64,000 bases of DNA, from positions 28,630-92,629 of the forward strand of contig JAWOBZ010000080.1 in NCBI GenBank assembly GCA_046484045.1. Reading direction: 5' to 3'. The translations under genes were made by a program, and so were the position numbers. This stretch comes from Thermoplasmata archaeon (lineage in GTDB: Archaea; Thermoplasmatota; Thermoplasmata; Halarchaeoplasmatales; Halarchaeoplasmataceae). The first letter of the stretch is position 1, and each line of letters starts with the position of its first letter. The notes under the pieces were generated by a model. That model made no database searches and had not been told where the DNA came from. It saw only the letters and a list, made by a program, of their open reading frames with translations. Positions 1-10,353 of this stretch are shown in pieces.

Positions 1-1176
1 ATGATAGAAGTTGCGTTGGAAGACGGCATAAGTTACGATTCATCCAATGTGGGTTTCACCGACGTTTCACAGAGCGACATGGTGGCGATACCGGACCCGG
101 ATACGTACAAGATCATGAATTACGAGAACGAAAAGCTGGCCGTCTTTTTGTGTAAGATGTACTGGCCGGACGGCTCTGATTTCGAAGGCGACCCCAGATA
201 TCTATTGGATACGACCATCAAGGGACTCCGAGAGGAAGGGATCTCAGTGCGTGTCAAGCCCGAGTACGAGTTCCATCTGCTCAAGGAGGGCTCTTACGAA
301 CCAATCGACGCCGGGCGGTACATCGACGGTAGAACCGGATACACCGGCATCATCGGAAAGCTGGCCAAAGTCATGAAAGAGTACGGGATCAGGGTCGAGA
401 AGATACACCACGAAGTCGGTAAGGGACAGTACGAGATCGAACCGCTTCCATACGATGATCCAGTGAAAGCTGCCGACGAGTTCGTATTCATCAAGGAGAT
501 AGTAAAAAAGGAGGCCCGTGAGAACGGTGCCCACGCTACTTTTATGCCTAAACCGGTGGTGGGGGATGCTGGAAATGGGCTGCACATTCACATATCCCTC
601 CTGAAGGACGGAGAGTACATGTTCTCTCCCAGCGAGCTCAATGAAAAGGCCAAGGGGTTCGTCGGAGGGCTGCTTCACCACGCAAAGGCGTTATCCGGCG
701 TGTGCTGCCCGACCATCAATTCATACAAGAGGCTCGTACCTGGATTTGAAGCACCCGTCTACATCTCATGGGGTGGTGAGAACAGGAGCGTTCTGGTCAG
801 GATCCCCGCCTACGGTAACGAGGAGGAGAAAAGAGGACGCGTCGAGTACCGAGCCAGCGACGCCTCCGCAAACATCTATCTGCTGTTGAACTCTCTGATA
901 ACCGCCGGTATAGACGGCATGAAAAGAGGGCTCGATCCGGGAGATGAAGTGAGGGAGAATCTTTACGATCTGAAGGAGAGGGAGATCCATGATATGGGTA
1001 TCGACGTACTGCCGAACAATCTTAACGAAGCGCTCAATCACCTAGAGAGCGACGAAGTTATAGCTAGATCTCTGGGAGAATCACTGCCTTTCTACCTGAA
1101 TCTGAAGCGGGAAGAGATACTGGAGTTCTCCAGGGACGTCACGGATTGGGAGATGGAAAGGTATATAGATTATTGA
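1..1176 (+). CDS. glnA: Glutamine synthetase type I, C-terminal ~390 aa (5' end lies outside the window)
   Basis: The translation carries GS catalytic-domain motifs (GDPRY, NGLHIHISL, region following ISWGGENRS). The ORF runs from base 1 with no start codon, so it is truncated by the window edge. Confidence 0.9.
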   Translation: MIEVALEDGISYDSSNVGFTDVSQSDMVAIPDPDTYKIMNYENEKLAVFLCKMYWPDGSDFEGDPRYLLDTTIKGLREEGISVRVKPEYEFHLLKEGSYEPIDAGRYIDGRTGYTGIIGKLAKVMKEYGIRVEKIHHEVGKGQYEIEPLPYDDPVKAADEFVFIKEIVKKEARENGAHATFMPKPVVGDAGNGLHIHISLLKDGEYMFSPSELNEKAKGFVGGLLHHAKALSGVCCPTINSYKRLVPGFEAPVYISWGGENRSVLVRIPAYGNEEEKRGRVEYRASDASANIYLLLNSLITAGIDGMKRGLDPGDEVRENLYDLKEREIHDMGIDVLPNNLNEALNHLESDEVIARSLGESLPFYLNLKREEILEFSRDVTDWEMERYIDY

Positions 1177-1202
1177 TATCATCACAAAATGGAGGTATAC
1201 AG

Positions 1203-1505
1203 ATGGAAGAAGCGATCAAGGAAGTAGAAGGAGAGAAGGACGAACACGAAGTCGTGGCTTACACACTTAGTACTTGTGGATGGTGCAAGAAAACCAAGAA
1301 ATTGCTCAAGGAATTGGGCGTAAAACACAAGTGTATAGACATAGACCTTCTATGGGGCAACGAAGGTAAGAAGATAAGGGAAGAGCTGGCTGAATACAAC
1401 CCGAAGATGTCCGCACCCACGGTTGTGATCGATGAGGGAGAAGAAGTGATCATAGGATTCGATGAAGAGAAGATAAGGGAGGTTTTAGAAGATGACGAGG
1501 AGTAA
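1203..1505 (+). CDS. Glutaredoxin-like / thioredoxin-fold CxxC protein
   Basis: The active-site motif TCGWCKK sits in a ~100-aa protein. A GGAGG RBS lies 9 nt upstream of the ATG at 1203. The ORF-track start at 1146 is probably an upstream extension. Confidence 0.65.
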   Translation: MEEAIKEVEGEKDEHEVVAYTLSTCGWCKKTKKLLKELGVKHKCIDIDLLWGNEGKKIREELAEYNPKMSAPTVVIDEGEEVIIGFDEEKIREVLEDDEE

Positions 1506-2028
1506 AGAAGAGATGTTGGAGTACGTAAAAAAGGATGCAGAAGAGAACGGATACTATGTATGCCCGGACGAGGACCTGCTGGATGACCTTATCGAAGGGC
1601 TCGTAGAGAACGAAGAGAGGTACGGCTACGCTTCCTGCCCGTGCAGACCAGGGAGCGGTGTGAAAGTCTATGACAGCGATATCGTCTGTCCGTGTGAGTA
1701 CCGGGATGCCGACGTAGAAGAGTACGGTATGTGCTACTGCGGTTTGTTCGTCTCCAAGGAAGTGAGCGAAGACCCGTCCAAGATGGGTTCTATACCGGAG
1801 AGAAGACCGGACGAGATAATAGATGCCGCTATGGGGGCTAGGGAGAAGAAGAAAGGGGGTGAACTAGATGAAATGGGTTTGAAGGGAGAGTCAGCCAAAA
1901 AGGATGAGAATGTAAAGGTCTGGAGGTGTACCGTGTGCGGTTACCTCGCTGCAAGAGAGGGACCACCGCCGGTATGCCCTATATGCAAAGCTAAAGCGGA
2001 GAGATTTGAAGAGTTCGACGTCGGTTAG
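1492..2028 (+). CDS. Ferredoxin:thioredoxin reductase catalytic-subunit-like protein fused to a C-terminal rubredoxin domain
   Basis: CPC...CPC...CYC spacing is typical of the FTR beta [4Fe-4S] site (CPCRPGSG...VCPCEY...CYCGLF). The C-terminus carries WRCTVCGY...CPICKA, a rubredoxin CxxC...CxxC pattern. The gene overlaps the glutaredoxin-like gene by 14 nt. Confidence 0.65.
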   Translation: MTRSKEEMLEYVKKDAEENGYYVCPDEDLLDDLIEGLVENEERYGYASCPCRPGSGVKVYDSDIVCPCEYRDADVEEYGMCYCGLFVSKEVSEDPSKMGSIPERRPDEIIDAAMGAREKKKGGELDEMGLKGESAKKDENVKVWRCTVCGYLAAREGPPPVCPICKAKAERFEEFDVG

Positions 2029-2087
2029 TTTAAAAAAATTAGTAAAAAAGGAAAGGGGTTTTCAGAATTTTAATAGGTTCAGCGAGT

Positions 2088-3269
2088 TTATATCAGATCC
2101 AATTCTTTACCGAGTTTCTCGTAGACTCTCAGGATCGTGTTGATGTCGTCCTTGGACATACCCGCGTTGATCTGGTTCCTGATCCGTGCCTTTCCTTTGG
2201 CTACCATGGGGAACACGATCGCTAGACCGAATATACCTTCTTCGTAGAGTCTATCTGCGAGCTTCTGAGCCTTCCTACTGTCACCGACCATCGCCGGTAC
2301 GATGGGGGTCTCGCTGTAGCCCGTGTCGAATCCCATGCTCTCCATCTCTTTCTTAAAGTAGTTGGTCAGGTCCCATAATTTCTTCACTCTTTCAGGCTCG
2401 TTCTCCACTATCTCCAGAGCCGCTATGTCCGCTGCTGCAACGTGAGGCGGGAACGCAGCGCTCAAGAGCCAACTACGTGATGTATTGTAAGCGTACTTTA
2501 CAAGATATTCCGTGCCAGCCAGCATACCTCCAAAGCCTCCGAATGCCTTGGAGAACGTTCCCATCTGGAAGTCGATCTTATCCTCTATGTCGAATTCCTT
2601 GGCGATACCGTGGCCGCCTCCCAGGACTCCTTCTCCGTGTGCATCGTCAACGTATGTCATGGCACCGTACTCGTCCGCTAGCTTCTGGATCTCTCCCATC
2701 TTGGCGATGTCGCCGTCCATGCTGAAAACGCCGTCGGTTATGACTATTCCTCTTCGATATCCTTCATCTTCCGCTTCTTTCAGGCACTTCTCTAGTTCAC
2801 CCATATCCGAGTGGCCGTAGATCATCTTGTCTGCTTTTGACAGCCGAACGCCGTCTATGATACTGCCGTGATTGAGCTCGTCGGAAATCAATACGTCCTC
2901 TTTACCAACAAGCTGTGGTATAAGGCCCGCGTTCACTGCGAATCCGGTTTGGTATGTCATCCCGGCTTCGGTGTTCTTGAAATCTGCGATCTTGTCCCAG
3001 AGTTCCTCGTGGATATCCATCGTTCCCGCGATGGACCAATCCGACCCTGCACCAGCGCCGTACTTTTTTACCGCTTCGATAGCGGCTTCTTTCAGTTTCG
3101 GATGGTTAGCCAAGTCCAGGTAGTTGTTTGACGCCAGCATGATACACTCTTTACCGTCAACAGTCACGTGAGGTTTGGACGGACCGTTTAAGTCTCTTAT
3201 CTTCCATGTCAGTCCTTCCTCTTTCATCCTGTGGTATTCCCTTTCTAGAAATTCCGTTTTCTCTTTCAT
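2088..3269 (-). CDS. PLP-dependent 2-amino-3-ketobutyrate CoA ligase / 8-amino-7-oxononanoate synthase family enzyme
   Basis: Class-II aminotransferase (alpha-oxoamine synthase) signatures are present, including the lysine region FSKAFGGFGG. The length of 393 aa fits the family. Confidence 0.8.
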   Translation of the reverse strand: MKEKTEFLEREYHRMKEEGLTWKIRDLNGPSKPHVTVDGKECIMLASNNYLDLANHPKLKEAAIEAVKKYGAGAGSDWSIAGTMDIHEELWDKIADFKNTEAGMTYQTGFAVNAGLIPQLVGKEDVLISDELNHGSIIDGVRLSKADKMIYGHSDMGELEKCLKEAEDEGYRRGIVITDGVFSMDGDIAKMGEIQKLADEYGAMTYVDDAHGEGVLGGGHGIAKEFDIEDKIDFQMGTFSKAFGGFGGMLAGTEYLVKYAYNTSRSWLLSAAFPPHVAAADIAALEIVENEPERVKKLWDLTNYFKKEMESMGFDTGYSETPIVPAMVGDSRKAQKLADRLYEEGIFGLAIVFPMVAKGKARIRNQINAGMSKDDINTILRVYEKLGKELDLI

Positions 3270-3367
3270 CTTATCTTCTCCGTGGATCGTATTATTCGTA
3301 TTATTTTTATCTCCCCTTGTAGGGATTTGTAACGTTAGTAGAAAAATACTTCGTACTTAATTCTTTC

Positions 3368-4909
3368 TCACGAATCGTTTTTTTCTCCCCATCCCCCTCC
3401 ACCTGGTGTTTTTATGATCAGGGCGTCTCCAGCCTTAACATCCCTGCTAACCCGGCTTCCCAATAGGATCTTTTCACCGCTTGAGAGTAAAATGTTCTCT
3501 CCTCGTTTACCGTTCCCTCCACCTTTCATCCCTTTGGGTTCGTGCTCCCTCCTCTCGGATTGTATGGATAGATGGCAGTCTTCCAAGAACTCTATCTCTT
3601 TGACTATACCATCTCCTCCTTTGTATCTCCCGGCTCCGCCGGAACCCTTCCTAAGTCTGTACTGTTTTACCCTGAGAGGATACTCGTTCTCCACGGATTC
3701 GATAGGCGTGTTCTGGGTGTTGGTCATGTGCACGTGGACACCGTCTTCCCCACCTCCCCTCCAATAAGCTCCGGCTCCGCCACCGATGGTCTCGTAGAAG
3801 GTGAAATTATCGTTTCCGATGGTGACGTTGTTCATGGTGCCTTGGGATTCTGCGGGTATCGTATCTGGAAGTACTTGTCGCAGGCATTTTAGAATGAGTT
3901 CGACGACTCTCTGCGACGTCTCCACGTTTCCGGAAGATACGGCGGCAGGCGGCTCTGGATTGAGTACGGTCCCCTTGGGAATATCGATGCTTATCGGTTC
4001 GTAACATCCGGCGGTTATAGGGATATCATCCGGTATCAAGCACCTCAGTACATAGTAAACGGCGGAGTGGGTGACCGGCGCGGGGGCATTGATGTTACCC
4101 TGGACCTGTGGGTGTGTTCCTTGAAAATCAAATCTCATCGCGTCCCCCTCCTTTTTCATACTCAGGTGGAGTTCGACCGGTTCCTTCCACTCCATGACAT
4201 CCATCTCTTTTACATCGAAGTCCTGCATCCCTTTGATGGCCTCCCTTGTTCTTTTTTCAGAATACCGGATAACATCATCTACAAACTCACCATAAGAATC
4301 CAGACCGAAACGCCGTACGGCTTTGGTGAACTCACTAGCTCCGAGTTCGTTTGCACCCATCTGTGCTCTCAGATCACCTATCCTCTCGCTGCTGCACCTT
4401 AGGTTCCTGAACATCTCCATAACATCTTCAACTATCTCTCCCTTGTCCATGATGTGCATGGGCGGGATCACAATACCTTCATCCTGGAGGGTCTTGCTGT
4501 CGCCGGGCATGGATCCAGGTGTTTTCCCTCCTATGTCCGAGTGGTGTGCCCTATTGACAACGTATCCCAAAAAATCTTCACCGGACCAGACCGGTTTTAT
4601 TATTGTGATATCGGGAAGGTGGGTACCCCCCTTGTACGGATCATTGAGTATTATCTGATCCCCCCGGGAAAGCTCACACCTTTCTACGGCGGCATCCAGG
4701 GCGTTGGGCATGGCTCCGAGATGCACGGGGATGTGTTCGGCTTGAGCTAACAGTTTCGCATCAGCCGAGAACAGAGCGCATGATTCATCCTTTCTTTCCT
4801 TTATATTCGGGGAGTAAGAACTCCTCTGGAGTGCCGCACCCATCTGTTCCGGGATGGAGACGAAAGCGTTCTTCATGACCTCGAGTTGTGTGGGAGATAA
4901 TTCGCTCAT
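3368..4909 (-). CDS. hyuB: Hydantoinase B / 5-oxoprolinase subunit
   Basis: 513-aa product with hydantoinase_B-type composition. It overlaps the upstream hyuA gene by 4 nt, indicating an operon. Confidence 0.8.
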   Translation of the reverse strand: MSELSPTQLEVMKNAFVSIPEQMGAALQRSSYSPNIKERKDESCALFSADAKLLAQAEHIPVHLGAMPNALDAAVERCELSRGDQIILNDPYKGGTHLPDITIIKPVWSGEDFLGYVVNRAHHSDIGGKTPGSMPGDSKTLQDEGIVIPPMHIMDKGEIVEDVMEMFRNLRCSSERIGDLRAQMGANELGASEFTKAVRRFGLDSYGEFVDDVIRYSEKRTREAIKGMQDFDVKEMDVMEWKEPVELHLSMKKEGDAMRFDFQGTHPQVQGNINAPAPVTHSAVYYVLRCLIPDDIPITAGCYEPISIDIPKGTVLNPEPPAAVSSGNVETSQRVVELILKCLRQVLPDTIPAESQGTMNNVTIGNDNFTFYETIGGGAGAYWRGGGEDGVHVHMTNTQNTPIESVENEYPLRVKQYRLRKGSGGAGRYKGGDGIVKEIEFLEDCHLSIQSERREHEPKGMKGGGNGKRGENILLSSGEKILLGSRVSRDVKAGDALIIKTPGGGGWGEKNDS

Positions 4910-6819
4910 GTATCCCCCTCCTTTTCCATGTACAACAGACCGTCCTTATCGACTCGCCATCTCCAACTGGGCGGGACCAATATAGTGGAATTAGAGTCCT
5001 CTATGACCGCAGGCCCTATGCCATTATCGTCGCCCTGCAGTCCCTTTCTATAATAGACTCTTGTCTTCATTCTACCCTCTGTGAACAGACATCTCCTGTC
5101 TGCAGGGTGCTCGACATCTTCGTATCCATGCGGTAGGATTTCTATACCGGTTTGCTTTTTCGACCTAACGTGAACCTTAACGACCTCTATTATCTCTCCT
5201 TCCTTGGAAAAACCGTACATATCCATGTGTTTCTTATGAAATCTGGACTCGATGTCCGAGATATCGCCTGTATATGTGAGATTGAGATGATAGCTCTGCC
5301 CTTTGTACCTGAGTCCCAGGATAATCTCTTCTTCCCAGCCCTCGTAGTGCGGTGCGATATCTTGGATGACTTCTTCTATCTCACTCTTGTTCGTCAACCT
5401 GGTGAAGTAAGTCCTGGTTTCATCCCTCACAAGATCTCCGGTCATCATACCGAAGGCGGAGAAAACACCGGGCAGGGGTGGGATTATCACCTGCGTGATG
5501 CCTAACTCATCGGCTAGACTTGCAGCGTGCAGAGGACCCGCTCCTCCGAAAGCTAATATGCTGAACTTTTCAGGGTCTAGACCCTTTTCGACCGTTATCT
5601 TCTTCATGGTCCTGCTCATGGTGGAGTTGGCTATGCGGTATATTCCGGTGATGGTTTCGTCCGCTGTCATGTCGAGGGCATCGGCCAGCTCTTCCAATTT
5701 CTCTTGCGCTTTGTTTATGTTCAGTTCCATCTTTCCCCCCACGAAGTAATCTGGATCTATGTAACCGGCGCACAACAGGGCATCGGTGACGGTCGGCTGC
5801 AGTCCTCCCTTCCCATAGCACACGGGTCCGGGGTCCGCGCCGGCACTCTGTGGACCGACCCTGAGTGCTCCGCCGGAATCTTTCCTAGCTATACTGCCGC
5901 CTCCGGCTCCGACGGTTACGATATCGGCCATCTCGGATTGTACGGGAAACGCACCTATAGTACCCTGGTCTTTCCATGATATCTCACCGTTGACGATAGA
6001 GCACATATCGGCGCTTGTCCCTCCCATATCGAACGTGACGATGTTTTTTATACCGGTGCATTCTGCGATGAATCGGCCTCCCGCCGCACCACCAGCGGGT
6101 CCGGATAGGAACGTATCCACGGGCTCAACTTTACTTGCAGTGTCTAGACCTCCGTTGGACTTCATTATCAAAGGTGTTTTGGGCAGTGAGCTGCTCAGTT
6201 CATCGAAGTAGTGCTTGACGATGGGTTTTAGATAGGCATCTATCAGCGTGGTCATCCCTCTTTCGTACTCTCTGTACTCTCCCGTCACTTCACAGGAGAG
6301 TGAATGTGGAACGCCGTACTTTTCCAGGATATCGCCTATCTTCTCTTCGTGCAATGGATTTTTGTACGAGTGAAGTAGGCATACCGCAGCGCACACCCCT
6401 TTTTGTTTCAGTGAACGGGCTAGATCGGTTATCTCGTTTTCATCTATCTTTTCGATAACCTCTCCATGGGGATCTGTCCTTCCAGATACCCCATGACAGT
6501 CTCCCTGTTCCAGAGGAGGCTTCTTTTTGGAAACGTGCAGATCATACAGATCCGGCCTCGTCTGGCGGCCTATGAACAGTATGTCTTCGAAACCACGGTT
6601 GGTGATAAAGGCGGTTTTTACCCCTTTACCCTCTAATAACGCATTTGTAGCCACGGTGGTTCCGTGAAATATGTCCCCCGTTATTTTTCTTCCATTTATA
6701 CCGTTTACAACGGATATGGAGGGGTTTTCCGGTGTGGAAGGAACCTTGTAGTAGGAAATATCCTCTTCGATCATAATGAAATCGGTGAAGGTTCCGCCAA
6801 CGTCGACAGACAATACCAT
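4906..6819 (-). CDS. hyuA: Hydantoinase A / N-methylhydantoinase A (ATP-dependent)
   Basis: 637 aa. The N-terminal motif VDVGGTFTD and glycine-rich sugar-kinase/Hsp70-like ATPase motifs (DMGGTS, GAGGGS) are present. Confidence 0.85.
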   Translation of the reverse strand: MVLSVDVGGTFTDFIMIEEDISYYKVPSTPENPSISVVNGINGRKITGDIFHGTTVATNALLEGKGVKTAFITNRGFEDILFIGRQTRPDLYDLHVSKKKPPLEQGDCHGVSGRTDPHGEVIEKIDENEITDLARSLKQKGVCAAVCLLHSYKNPLHEEKIGDILEKYGVPHSLSCEVTGEYREYERGMTTLIDAYLKPIVKHYFDELSSSLPKTPLIMKSNGGLDTASKVEPVDTFLSGPAGGAAGGRFIAECTGIKNIVTFDMGGTSADMCSIVNGEISWKDQGTIGAFPVQSEMADIVTVGAGGGSIARKDSGGALRVGPQSAGADPGPVCYGKGGLQPTVTDALLCAGYIDPDYFVGGKMELNINKAQEKLEELADALDMTADETITGIYRIANSTMSRTMKKITVEKGLDPEKFSILAFGGAGPLHAASLADELGITQVIIPPLPGVFSAFGMMTGDLVRDETRTYFTRLTNKSEIEEVIQDIAPHYEGWEEEIILGLRYKGQSYHLNLTYTGDISDIESRFHKKHMDMYGFSKEGEIIEVVKVHVRSKKQTGIEILPHGYEDVEHPADRRCLFTEGRMKTRVYYRKGLQGDDNGIGPAVIEDSNSTILVPPSWRWRVDKDGLLYMEKEGDT

Positions 6820-7343
6820 GTTTTGGTATCCGAGCTAGATATAAAATAGTTGTTGATTTCTCGATGATAACACCAGTTAATTTAAATACGTTCGCAGCGG
6901 CCAGTGTTTTTTAATAGAACGTTTTACACGTCTCCTTATCCACATATATAGGAAAAATAGCATTGTAAAGGTAAGGATATAGCCTGCAGCTAGAATTCCT
7001 TCATGAGCCGATCCTATGGGATCACCGAAATACATATATTTTGATCATTTATAAAACTTCGGTAGCGATTGATTTCTTATCCAGTAAAATCTATTTTGGG
7101 GGCTTATATAGTAAACGACCATTAAACTTATATAGAAAGTCTACCTTTGTATATATGCACATACGCGAGAATCTTACATCACGATAATCACCCTCCCTCC
7201 CTTTTTGAGTGAGTGGAGGATTCACCACATCACTATAACCTCCCCCTTCCCTTTTGCTATTGATTATAGGCAAATTATAAATAACATCTTGATAGGATAA
7301 GGTTTATAACTGAAAATATAATTATACGAAACGGTGAAAGAGA

Positions 7344-8057
7344 ATGCAGCCAGGACAGATGGGATACGATAGGGGAATAACGGTCTTCTCTCCAGACGGT
7401 CGGCTTTTCCAGGTGGAGTACGCCAGGGAAGCCGTAAAGAGAGGTACGACAACCGTAGGAATCAAAACAGAAGAGGGCGTAGCCCTTATCGTTGACAAAA
7501 GAGTTTCAAGTAAATTAGTTGAATCAAGTTCGATTGAAAAGATATTCAAGATCGATAGAAAGATTGGATTGGCAACCTCGGGACTCGTTGCGGATGCAAG
7601 GGTCCTCGTAGATCATGCCAGAGTTATGGCTCAGATCAATCGTGTTTCTTACAACGAGCGGATAGATATTTCCACTCTGGTCAAGAAGATATGTGATTAC
7701 AAGCAGACTTACACCCAGTACGGCGGCGTGAGACCCTTCGGAACTGCGCTTTTGGTCGCAGGGATAGACGAGGGGGGCGCACATCTGTATGAAACCGATC
7801 CAAGCGGTGCTTTTCAAGCGCTTAAAGCCAACAGCATCGGCATGGACCGAGAGGAAGTCCAGGAAGTCTTCGAAGAAGAGTACGAAGAGAACATGAGTCT
7901 TGAAGATGGCATCCAATTGGCGATCAAGGGATTGGACAGGGCCGCAGAAGGTGATTTGAACCCTGAATCTCTCGAGGTCGCGATCATCACAAAAGATGCT
8001 GATTTTCACACACTTGAGGAAGATGAGATAGAAAAATACACGAAATCACTGAAGTAA
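7344..8057 (+). CDS. psmA: Proteasome subunit alpha
   Basis: The N-terminus YDRGITVFSPDGRLFQVEYAREA is the canonical alpha-subunit signature. The gene is the first of the exosome superoperon. Confidence 0.9.
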   Translation: MQPGQMGYDRGITVFSPDGRLFQVEYAREAVKRGTTTVGIKTEEGVALIVDKRVSSKLVESSSIEKIFKIDRKIGLATSGLVADARVLVDHARVMAQINRVSYNERIDISTLVKKICDYKQTYTQYGGVRPFGTALLVAGIDEGGAHLYETDPSGAFQALKANSIGMDREEVQEVFEEEYEENMSLEDGIQLAIKGLDRAAEGDLNPESLEVAIITKDADFHTLEEDEIEKYTKSLK

Positions 8058-8069
8058 AGGAGGATTTAT

Positions 8070-8801
8070 TTGGGTAAAAAAGATTTTCAAAAGGAACACA
8101 CCGATACGCTGCTTGACGAGCACGTGATCGCAAGGTACAAGTCACACGGTAAGATCTTTGAGATCTTGATCAAGCCCGATGCCGTAGAGAAATTTCGAGG
8201 AGGAAAAGAGATCTCCATATTAGAGAACATGCCGGTGGACAAGATCTTTACCGACGCAAAGAAAGGTGAAGAAGCATCCAACGACGATCTTGAGGAGATC
8301 TTTGATACATCCGACGTCGAGGAGATAGCCAACTATATACTTGACCACGGCGATGTACAGATAACCACGGAACAGAGAAGGAAAAGACAGGAACAGAAGA
8401 TGAAGGAGATAATCAACAGGATAGTCCGCAATTCCATGAACCCACAGACGGGGACGCCACATCCACCGACGAGGATAGAGAACGCTTTAAAAGAGGCGAA
8501 TTTCCATATCGACCCGTTCAAACCAGTAAGTATACAGGTAGAAGAAGTGGTCGATGAGATCAAAGCCCTTATCCCATTGAGTTTCAAGAAACTTTCCGTA
8601 TCAGTCACCCTCAGAGGGGATTACTACGGAAAATTGTACAGTGACATGAAGAAGATGGGGACATTAGTTGAAGAGAACTGGCTCGACGATGGTAGATGGA
8701 ATGGAATCCTCAAGATTCCAGCGGGCATTAAGGATGAATTCTTCGATATGTTGAATAATAAAACGAAAGGTACAGCGGAGTTAGAAGTATTAGATGATTG
8801 A
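8070..8801 (+). CDS. sdo1: SBDS (Shwachman-Bodian-Diamond) family ribosome maturation protein
   Basis: 243 aa with the N-terminal FYSN-like domain (VIARYKSHGKIFEIL). Its position after psmA in the exosome superoperon is conserved. Confidence 0.85.
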   Translation: MGKKDFQKEHTDTLLDEHVIARYKSHGKIFEILIKPDAVEKFRGGKEISILENMPVDKIFTDAKKGEEASNDDLEEIFDTSDVEEIANYILDHGDVQITTEQRRKRQEQKMKEIINRIVRNSMNPQTGTPHPPTRIENALKEANFHIDPFKPVSIQVEEVVDEIKALIPLSFKKLSVSVTLRGDYYGKLYSDMKKMGTLVEENWLDDGRWNGILKIPAGIKDEFFDMLNNKTKGTAELEVLDD

Positions 8802-8859
8802 ATTGAATGATATAGAATGTAGGGATAAGATGAATAGATATATTTTGTGAGGTATTGTT

Positions 8860-9564
8860 ATGAGTGAAAATAAAAGAGAAGTTAAGAGAGAATTACTCCT
8901 GCCAGGAGATACTATTGAGGAAGAAGACGTTAAACCAGGCAGAGGAACTTTCAAAGATGGTAACGAAATCCACGCGTCAAAGTTGGGCGTTAAAACATTT
9001 CGTTCAGGTTACGTGAACGTCGCCGCACAGAGCGGTAGGTACGATGCCAAGAGAGGTGACAAGGTCGTCGGTACGGTTACAGATGTGAATTCATCCATAT
9101 GGATGGTCGACCTTAACGCACCGTTCCCGGCCGTACTGCACGTGAACGACGTTCCTTGGAGAGTAGAATTCGGAGACACTAAGAGTTACATAGACGTCGG
9201 AGACGCGGTCTTAGTAAAGATAGCCAACGTCGACGAGTTGAAGAAGATACAGATACGGATGGACGAAGAAGGGCTAAGAAAGCTCAACAGTGGACAGATA
9301 ATCGAGATAGCTCCTTCCCAAGTTCCCAGAGTTATAGGTAGAAAGGGCTCCATGATATCCATGTTGAAGAAGTACACCAACTGCAGGATATTCGTGGGAC
9401 AGAACGGAAGGATCTGGATAGACGGCGATCTAGAAGGACAGTATTTGGCAGTTCGCGCTATAAAGATAATCGAGGAAAAGGCACAGGTGGTCGGACTGAC
9501 CGAGATAGTCAAAGAATTTTTGAAGGATGAAACAGGTAAGGATTTAGAAGAGGAAGAGGAATAA
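8860..9564 (+). CDS. rrp4: Exosome complex RNA-binding subunit Rrp4 (S1 + KH)
   Basis: An S1 region (GDKVVGTVTDV) and a KH motif (VIGRKGSMISML) are present. No Zn-ribbon is seen, so it is Rrp4 rather than Csl4. It directly precedes rrp41. Confidence 0.8.
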   Translation: MSENKREVKRELLLPGDTIEEEDVKPGRGTFKDGNEIHASKLGVKTFRSGYVNVAAQSGRYDAKRGDKVVGTVTDVNSSIWMVDLNAPFPAVLHVNDVPWRVEFGDTKSYIDVGDAVLVKIANVDELKKIQIRMDEEGLRKLNSGQIIEIAPSQVPRVIGRKGSMISMLKKYTNCRIFVGQNGRIWIDGDLEGQYLAVRAIKIIEEKAQVVGLTEIVKEFLKDETGKDLEEEEE

Positions 9565-9583
9565 ATAATCAGGAGGATTTATT

Positions 9584-10348
9584 ATGGGTAGTAATAAAGA
9601 TATTGAATTGATTGATGAAGAAGGTAACAGACTAGATGGTAGAAAATTTGATGAATTGAGAGAGATAACGATCGAAGCGGGAGTGCTCAAAAGGGCCGAC
9701 GGTTCAGCTTATCTAACATGGGGTAAGAACAAAGTCATAGTCGCCGTTTACGGACCTAGAGAGATGCATCCGCGGCACGCCCAGGACCCGTCAAAAGCAG
9801 TGGTACAGGCGAGGTACAACATGGCCTCGTTTTCCGTTCCAGACAGGAAAAGACCGGGACCGGACAGGCGTTCCATGGAGATAAGTAAATTGTTGTCCGA
9901 AGCGTTGGAAGAAGTCGTATTTGTTGAACAGTTCCCACGCTCATCCATCGATGTTTTCATAGAGATACTGGAGGCAAGTGCCGGGACGAGATGTGCCGCA
10001 CTCACAGCGGCATCGGTAGCTTTGGCGGACGCGGGCATACCGATGTCAAATATGGTCACATCCTGCGCAGCCGGTAAGATCGGAGGACAGGTCGTACTCG
10101 ACCTAGGTAAAAAAGAGGACAACTTCGGACAAGCCGACGTTCCAGTCGGAGTAGTCCCCAGGACGGGGAAGATAACCCTTCTACAGATGGACGGCCACTT
10201 GACCGTCGAGGAATACGAACAGGTCATGGATTTGGCTATCAACGCATGCAGCGAGATTTACGAGATACAGAGAGAAGCACTGAAAAAGAAATACTCTACG
10301 AATCTAGAGGACTTCGATGAGATGGATGAAATACAAGAGGAGGACTGA
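9584..10348 (+). CDS. rrp41: Exosome complex exonuclease Rrp41 (RNase PH-like, catalytic)
   Basis: RNase PH domain with an RxDGR-type phosphate-binding region ([11 protein letters not shown]). Confidence 0.85.
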   Translation: MGSNKDIELIDEEGNRLDGRKFDELREITIEAGVLKRADGSAYLTWGKNKVIVAVYGPREMHPRHAQDPSKAVVQARYNMASFSVPDRKRPGPDRRSMEISKLLSEALEEVVFVEQFPRSSIDVFIEILEASAGTRCAALTAASVALADAGIPMSNMVTSCAAGKIGGQVVLDLGKKEDNFGQADVPVGVVPRTGKITLLQMDGHLTVEEYEQVMDLAINACSEIYEIQREALKKKYSTNLEDFDEMDEIQEED

Positions 10349-10353
10349 GAACA

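Noticed and set aside
244-1041. Several 80-145-aa ORFs on the opposite strand or in alternative frames inside glnA (244-681 -, 294-587 -, 641-889 +, 766-1041 -)
   Set aside because: They are fully embedded in a well-supported glnA reading frame and have low-complexity Pro/Ser/Arg-rich translations typical of antisense noise in GC-moderate DNA.
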